Below are positions 58,818-64,000 of a stretch of 64,000 nucleotides of DNA, piece by piece; position 1 is the stretch's first letter, and every line of letters begins with the position of its first letter. The notes beneath the pieces were generated by a model that saw only the letters and a list, made by a program, of their open reading frames with translations, had not been told where the DNA came from and made no database searches. Location of the stretch: contig OZ220741.1 of the NCBI GenBank assembly GCA_965116885.1, positions 3,936,001 through 4,000,000 of the forward strand, in the 5' to 3' direction. The position numbers were made by a program, and so were the translations under genes. The stretch comes from Candidatus Latescibacterota bacterium. GTDB lineage: Bacteria; Latescibacterota; UBA2968.

Positions 58818-60059
58818 ATGTCCACAGAAACCGCGCCATCGTTTCGCTCTATCCCAAGAGGGTCGTTTCGGCCTGTCTTTTATATTACCGCTGCACACAT
58901 GGCGTTGGATTTTTATATGGTCCTCACGCCGCCATTGTGGGCTTTTTTTCAGAGTCATTACAATCTCACGGTGGCGCAGTTTGCCTATTTGCCCACGGTG
59001 ATTGTCTTTTGCGGTTCTATCGCGCAGCCCTTTATGGGCTATTTTAGCGATGGACGCGATCGCATGGCCCTCGCTGCGCTGGGACTTTTTGCCACGGGCA
59101 TTTTTGTCTCTTGTATCGGCTTTGCACCCACCGTTTATATACTCGCTGCTTTTTTAATTTTCGCGTCTTTTGGGTCCTCCCTTTTTCATCCCACCGCCGG
59201 GGGATTGGTTACGGCTTTAACGCCACATCGAGCCAATCTGGCTATGGCCATCTTTCTCACAGGGGGGACGCTCGGCATGGCGCTCGCTTCAATTACCGGA
59301 ACGCAAATTGTCGAGCGATACGGCATCGAATATTTGTGGCTTATTGTCATCCCCGCCTTGATTCTCGCGCCATTTATCCTGTGGCAATCTCGAAAAGTTC
59401 CCGTGCATGAACGCCGCGTAACTGCGGGTAAAATCGATTTCTCGATTTTGAGAAATACCCGCTCTCTGCGGACGCTTTTTGCTTTTTTGAACAAAACCCA
59501 CTCTCTGTGGACGCTTTTTGCCATTAGTGTTTTGCGCTCTATTATTCACACGGGGTTTGTCAGTTTTACAGCTATTCTGGGGGCGTCTCGCGGTTGGACT
59601 ACCAGTGAGATCGGTTGGGTTTTTTCCTGTTATTTGCTTTCCAGCACGTTGGGACGTATCACGGGTGGTTATCTGGCAGATCGCATGTCTCAGCGCAAGC
59701 TTCTGGCTTTTTCGTGTGCTTCATCCGCAATTTTTCACGCGGGTTTTTGTCTGACAGATGGGTACGTGTCGCTTATTTCGTTTTTTGTGGCGGGGTATTT
59801 GTTCGATCTCGGTATTACGACGAATATATCTTTGGCGCAACGCGCCCTGCCGCACAATACGAGTACGGCGACGGGATTGGTGATGGGTTTTTCCTGGAGC
59901 ATGGCGGGCCTTGCGATGATCGGCGTGGGGAGCCTTGCCGAGTGGACCTCTACTGCTACTGCGCTTGTGGTTGTCTCCATGGTGCTCATTCCGGCAGCTT
60001 TTCTGGTCGCACTGCTACCTTCTGAGTATGGTGAGGTGGTTAGAAGTGGAAAAAAATAA
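58818..60059 (+). CDS. MFS transporter (Fsr-like)
   Basis: About 12 hydrophobic segments; H...DFY, QP..GY.SD, G.SLFHP, GGYLADR. Confidence 0.9.
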   Translation: MSTETAPSFRSIPRGSFRPVFYITAAHMALDFYMVLTPPLWAFFQSHYNLTVAQFAYLPTVIVFCGSIAQPFMGYFSDGRDRMALAALGLFATGIFVSCIGFAPTVYILAAFLIFASFGSSLFHPTAGGLVTALTPHRANLAMAIFLTGGTLGMALASITGTQIVERYGIEYLWLIVIPALILAPFILWQSRKVPVHERRVTAGKIDFSILRNTRSLRTLFAFLNKTHSLWTLFAISVLRSIIHTGFVSFTAILGASRGWTTSEIGWVFSCYLLSSTLGRITGGYLADRMSQRKLLAFSCASSAIFHAGFCLTDGYVSLISFFVAGYLFDLGITTNISLAQRALPHNTSTATGLVMGFSWSMAGLAMIGVGSLAEWTSTATALVVVSMVLIPAAFLVALLPSEYGEVVRSGKK

Positions 60060-60073
60060 AAGGCGAGGCGAAT

Positions 60074-60149
60074 CCGCAGATGGCGCAGATGGACGCAGAT
60101 TAAAAGCGAGAAGTGGGATGGCTCACACGAAGACACAGAGATACGGAGA
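60074..60149 (+). repeat. cgcagat x3 array plus a degenerate acacagag-like array
   Basis: ccgcagatg gcgcagatgg acgcagat (60074-60100), same core as 4841-4870; then cacacgaag acacagag atacggag. Confidence 0.7.
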
Positions 60150-63100
60150 AAGGCGGGAACTGAGGTGGTGTTACGCGCTTGCTGTGGTTATTAGTGTTTG
60201 CTTTTCACAGATAGCGCACGCGCAACCCGCGTATTCTCCCGGGCAGATTCTCGTCAAGTTTCGCAGCGGAAAGCCGGCATTTTCACAATTCCGCGACCTA
60301 TCAGAGCACCATGGCGTGACGAAAATTGAGCCGCTTTTTACGCCGCGAAGTGCCAAGGCTGTTTATCCCCATCCTTTAACTCAGGTGTACCGCGTGCGCT
60401 TGTCGGGTGATCCAATCGAAGCCGCAGCCGATTACGCATTGCGTCCCGATGTTGTGTACGCGCAGCCCAATTATTTGTTTACGCACCACCAGGTGCCCAA
60501 TGACCCGCGCTACAGAGATCAATATAGCCTTCAGGTCCTTGATTGGGAGCTGCTGCAACAAAATCTCGGTCCCATTCAAAAACAGATCATTGTCGCGATC
60601 ATCGATTCTGGTGTCGATTATAACCACGAAGACTTGCGCGATAATATCTGGCACAATGCCGCAGAAGTAGGCGGTGCGTCTGGTGTTGATGACGATGGGA
60701 ATGGGTATATCGACGATATAAGGGGCTGGGATTTCACCCATGCGCCCGATCTGCCGGGGATGGGGGATTATCTCATGCGAGATAATGATCCGCAGGATGA
60801 ATCGGCGCACGGTACGCGGGTTGCCGGAATTGTTGCAGCCGCGGCAAATAACAATCGAGGTATTGCCGGTATTGCGCCCAATGCGCAGATTATGGCGCTG
60901 CGGGCGGGGCTGAGACGGCTTGGCGGCATTGGCTTTCTCGAAGAAGATGATATCGCTGCGGCTATTCTCTATGCCATAGAAAATGGCGCGCATGTTATTA
61001 ATATGAGTTTGGGGGGGCCTGAGCGCACTTTTATCCTGGGCGATGTGATCCAATACGCGCATGCTCAGGGCGTTGTACTCGTGGCCTCTGCGGGCAACTC
61101 AGGTGATGAGTTGGGTTATCCCGCGGGCAACCACTATACGATTGCCGTAGGTGCGGTGAACTCCGCCGACCGCCTGGCGAGTTTTAGCAGTACGGGCGCG
61201 TCACTCGATCTGGTTGCACCAGGTGTCAATATCCTCAGCACACGCCTCGACAATCGCTATGCTTCAGGCTCTGGCACTTCTTTTTCTGCGCCTCATATAT
61301 CCGGTTTGGTCGCGTTGATTCTCTCGCGTCGGCCCGATGTTTCGCCTCATTCTGTGCGCAATTTGCTCATTGCATCTGCAATTGACCTGGGTCCGTTGGG
61401 ACATGACAATGACTATGGCGCAGGGCGCGTGAGTGGCGCGCGACTCGCGAACCGTCTGAGTACTTTCGATTCACTGACGGTTGCGATACAATCTCCCGCC
61501 AATGACGAGGGGGAAGATACCTCGTTTGATATTCGCGCTTCTGTTTTGGGCGCGCAGGTCACGGGTTATCGCCTGTCTTATGGCATGGGACACAATCCAC
61601 AAACATGGACACTTCTTTCAGAAGGGGCGGCTTCTCAGGACATTCGCTATACATGGGATGTTTCTGCTTTTGCAAATTCTGATGTGGTTCTGCGACTCGA
61701 GGCAGATTTGTCGGATGGCGTGGTCGTGGAAGACCGCGTTCGCGTTGGCATTGAAAAAGTAGCACCCTCTATCACTGCACTTGCATGTGGCGATGTATTA
61801 GAGGACGACCGCCGTGTTTTTGAATGTCGCTGGCGAACTGATCAGCGCGCACACGGGGGTATTGCCTATCGCTATGGCGCGGATTTTGATACTCTGTACA
61901 CTGGTCTGGTGCAAAACAAACACCGCGTTGTTTTACCCCATACATTGCCTGCAGGTGTTGTGACATTCCGCGTTTTGGCCGATGGAGAAAACAATATCCG
62001 CGCGGTGCATCCGGCGCAGACAATTGATTATGTTCCTTTTCGCGTTCCGCAAAATGGCTTTGTGGAAAGGGGCATATTGCCCGATGGTTTTTTGCCCGAT
62101 CGCGCGTCGGATTTTGACCGCGATGGCAGGCTGGAAATCGCGCTTATGCCCTATGCTATAGGCGATTCTTACGGCCCAGTGCATATTTACGAACGCCAGA
62201 CGGATGGTACATTTACCGATGAATTTCAAAGCGATGAGCGTTTTTTGCCCTGGGCAATTGGCGATATTACAAATGACGGGACTGATGATTTATTGGGTGT
62301 GACTTATGAGCGTCTTGTGCTTTTTACAGATAGCTTTTCCGATCCCTATCCCACTCAGGTAGAATTTGAACAGAGCGGTACATGGGGAGGCGATTTTGCC
62401 GATGTGGATGGCGATAGCATTCCCGATATTATCGCTCGCGCAGGTGATCAGCGCGGTATCCGCGTGATTCGCAATCTCGGCAGTGTGATCCGCGAGGAGG
62501 TGTTTCTCGTTGATCCTTCGGAAGGTGGTGGAGACCCCGGTCCGCGCTTTGTGGTTGCGGATTTCGATCGGGACGAGCAACGGGAAATTCTCGCTGGCGA
62601 TGCAGATGGCGATCTCTGGATGTACGAATATCGCGCGGGAAGATACGAGCAGACATGGTACTTGCCGGGCGATGGAGATGCGCGCTGGATCGGCGGAGGT
62701 GTGGATTTGGACGGCGATGGGGTAGTCGAATTTGCCGTTGCACGCGCCTATACAGATGCGTATGATCCTTCCAATGGTTTCTGGGAATTGGAGATTTACA
62801 GTATGCGTGCGCCCGATACTTATGCGCGCGAATGGACTACGCGGATCAACGGCGTGGCGACTACGGGCAATGGGATTTCAGCAGGGGATGTCGATGGGGA
62901 TGGTCTGGCTGATTTGATAGTATGCCTGCGCCCCGATCTCTATGCTTTTTGCGCAGAGAAGCCCGATTACTATCGTCCGATCTGGCATACGCCAGTGGGT
63001 TTGATGCGACGCGCACTCATTGCCGATCTGGACAAAGATTTTCGCAATGAGGTACTTTTTAATTTTGATGGCGCAGTGCATATTGTTGAACGCGATGAAC

Positions 63101-63831
63101 CGCCAGTTACTGTTGGGTCGCCGCAGATTATACGCGCGCGGGCTCTGGGACCAACCCGCGTTGAAATCGACTGGATGCAGGTGCCCGATGCGGCTTCTTA
63201 CCAGATTTATCGCGCTGTTGGTGATGACGATCTCGATTATTTTGATGAGATCAGCGACCGCACGGTGTACATCGATTCTTTGCTGACGGAAGGCCAGACC
63301 TACCGCTACCAGATTGTCGCTGTGGCCGATTGGGACCTGCGTTCGGGTATTGTATCTCTCACGCCAAACCGTGCGCCAGAAGTCGTGCGTGTTGAAACTC
63401 TGTCGGACAGTCAGATTCAAATTTTCTTTTCGGAAGAAATGGGAGCAGATGTAGCCAGACCGTCGAGTTATCTGCTCAGCGGTATTGGACAGCCCACATC
63501 TGTTATACTTGACCAGCAAAATACCCGAGCGGTTCTGTCCTTTGCCGTGCCGTTTCCGCCCCGCTATACATTGACCATTCTCAATGTATCCGATGCGAGC
63601 GGTACACCTCTTGGGTTGATAAGGATTGCAGATACTGTTGATTCAGACCTTCTCGCGCGAGCCGATGCCGATGGTAGTGGCGTTATTGATTTTGCAGACT
63701 TTCTATCTTTTGTCCGTGCATTTCAAACTTCCGATTCCACTTATGATTTTGATGGCGATGGTATCGTCAATTTTTCCGACTTTCTCATCTTTGTCAATCT
63801 CTTTGGTCGCAAGGTTGGGACTGGGGGCTAA
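60118..63831 (+). CDS. Secreted multidomain subtilisin (S8) protease with FG-GAP-like repeats, FN3/Ig-like domains and a C-terminal paired EF-hand/dockerin-like module
   Basis: IIDSG, HGTRVAG, SAGN, GTSFSAP triad; DDDGNGYIDD loop; several DxDGDG repeats; start uncertain (ATG 60118, or nearer the signal peptide at about 60160). Confidence 0.9.
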   Translation: MAHTKTQRYGERRELRWCYALAVVISVCFSQIAHAQPAYSPGQILVKFRSGKPAFSQFRDLSEHHGVTKIEPLFTPRSAKAVYPHPLTQVYRVRLSGDPIEAAADYALRPDVVYAQPNYLFTHHQVPNDPRYRDQYSLQVLDWELLQQNLGPIQKQIIVAIIDSGVDYNHEDLRDNIWHNAAEVGGASGVDDDGNGYIDDIRGWDFTHAPDLPGMGDYLMRDNDPQDESAHGTRVAGIVAAAANNNRGIAGIAPNAQIMALRAGLRRLGGIGFLEEDDIAAAILYAIENGAHVINMSLGGPERTFILGDVIQYAHAQGVVLVASAGNSGDELGYPAGNHYTIAVGAVNSADRLASFSSTGASLDLVAPGVNILSTRLDNRYASGSGTSFSAPHISGLVALILSRRPDVSPHSVRNLLIASAIDLGPLGHDNDYGAGRVSGARLANRLSTFDSLTVAIQSPANDEGEDTSFDIRASVLGAQVTGYRLSYGMGHNPQTWTLLSEGAASQDIRYTWDVSAFANSDVVLRLEADLSDGVVVEDRVRVGIEKVAPSITALACGDVLEDDRRVFECRWRTDQRAHGGIAYRYGADFDTLYTGLVQNKHRVVLPHTLPAGVVTFRVLADGENNIRAVHPAQTIDYVPFRVPQNGFVERGILPDGFLPDRASDFDRDGRLEIALMPYAIGDSYGPVHIYERQTDGTFTDEFQSDERFLPWAIGDITNDGTDDLLGVTYERLVLFTDSFSDPYPTQVEFEQSGTWGGDFADVDGDSIPDIIARAGDQRGIRVIRNLGSVIREEVFLVDPSEGGGDPGPRFVVADFDRDEQREILAGDADGDLWMYEYRAGRYEQTWYLPGDGDARWIGGGVDLDGDGVVEFAVARAYTDAYDPSNGFWELEIYSMRAPDTYAREWTTRINGVATTGNGISAGDVDGDGLADLIVCLRPDLYAFCAEKPDYYRPIWHTPVGLMRRALIADLDKDFRNEVLFNFDGAVHIVERDEPPVTVGSPQIIRARALGPTRVEIDWMQVPDAASYQIYRAVGDDDLDYFDEISDRTVYIDSLLTEGQTYRYQIVAVADWDLRSGIVSLTPNRAPEVVRVETLSDSQIQIFFSEEMGADVARPSSYLLSGIGQPTSVILDQQNTRAVLSFAVPFPPRYTLTILNVSDASGTPLGLIRIADTVDSDLLARADADGSGVIDFADFLSFVRAFQTSDSTYDFDGDGIVNFSDFLIFVNLFGRKVGTGG

Positions 63832-63835
63832 GGTT

Positions 63836-64000
63836 ATGAATATTGGTATTCCCAAACGCGCGTTTTTTCAGGTGGCTTTTCCCTGTATATTTCGCGCAGA
63901 CGCTCCGGCTATTGATGGCGTGCTCAATGACTGGGGGGCAACTTATTTGGTACCGGATTTGACCGGGGTTGAGGGAAAATATCCCTTTGCTGATGTGTAT
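63836..64000 (+). CDS. Partial CDS, possibly a CBM9-like/sugar-binding domain protein
   Basis: Manual translation MNIGIPKRAFF...APAIDGVLNDW...PFADVY, open to the window end. Confidence 0.6.
   Translation, partial: MNIGIPKRAFFQVAFPCIFRADAPAIDGVLNDWGATYLVPDLTGVEGKYPFADVY

Noticed and set aside
59935..60117. N-terminal extension of the S8 ORF, and similar extensions at 12318, 19832, 24418, 34176, 45099, 51196, 53711 and 55529
   Set aside because: They overlap neighbouring genes or spacers; downstream starts fit the RBS and family N termini better.

Overview
Bacterial chromosomal window, gene-dense, with no rRNA, CRISPR array, integrase or transposase detected. Positions 1-31.6 kb and 43.8-58.3 kb are a catabolic accessory landscape: 11 Cys-type (CxPxR) sulfatases, 4 PhyH-type Fe(II)/2OG dioxygenases, 5 Gfo/Idh/MocA oxidoreductases, 2 enolase-superfamily enzymes, GH3, GH51, GH116, a GMC oxidoreductase, esterases, a multicopper oxidase and a lone Fic gene. 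Positions 31.8-41.6 kb are housekeeping: radC, DUF62, a HAD-YvcK fusion plus a second HAD, comF, pfk-gap-pgk-tpiA-secG and tRNA-Leu(GAG). This gene mix, together with paired EF-hand/dockerin-like modules on secreted proteins, resembles marine or sponge-associated Candidatus Latescibacterota/Gemmatimonadota-like genomes (inference only). The most notable observations are: (1) a 48-bp direct repeat (396-443 and 22871-22918) duplicating the 5' end of the GMC gene and bracketing about 22.4 kb of cargo that has no recombinase; (2) intergenic short-period tandem arrays that start at or next to stop codons, three of them followed by GTAG/CTAC REP-like halves; (3) a multicopper oxidase with an RGG-rich insert fused to a CxxC redoxin domain; (4) a HAD-YvcK fusion; (5) an ARSK-like sulfatase; (6) a tandem palindromic operator over the fic promoter. 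All family assignments are from motif recognition by eye; no searches were run.
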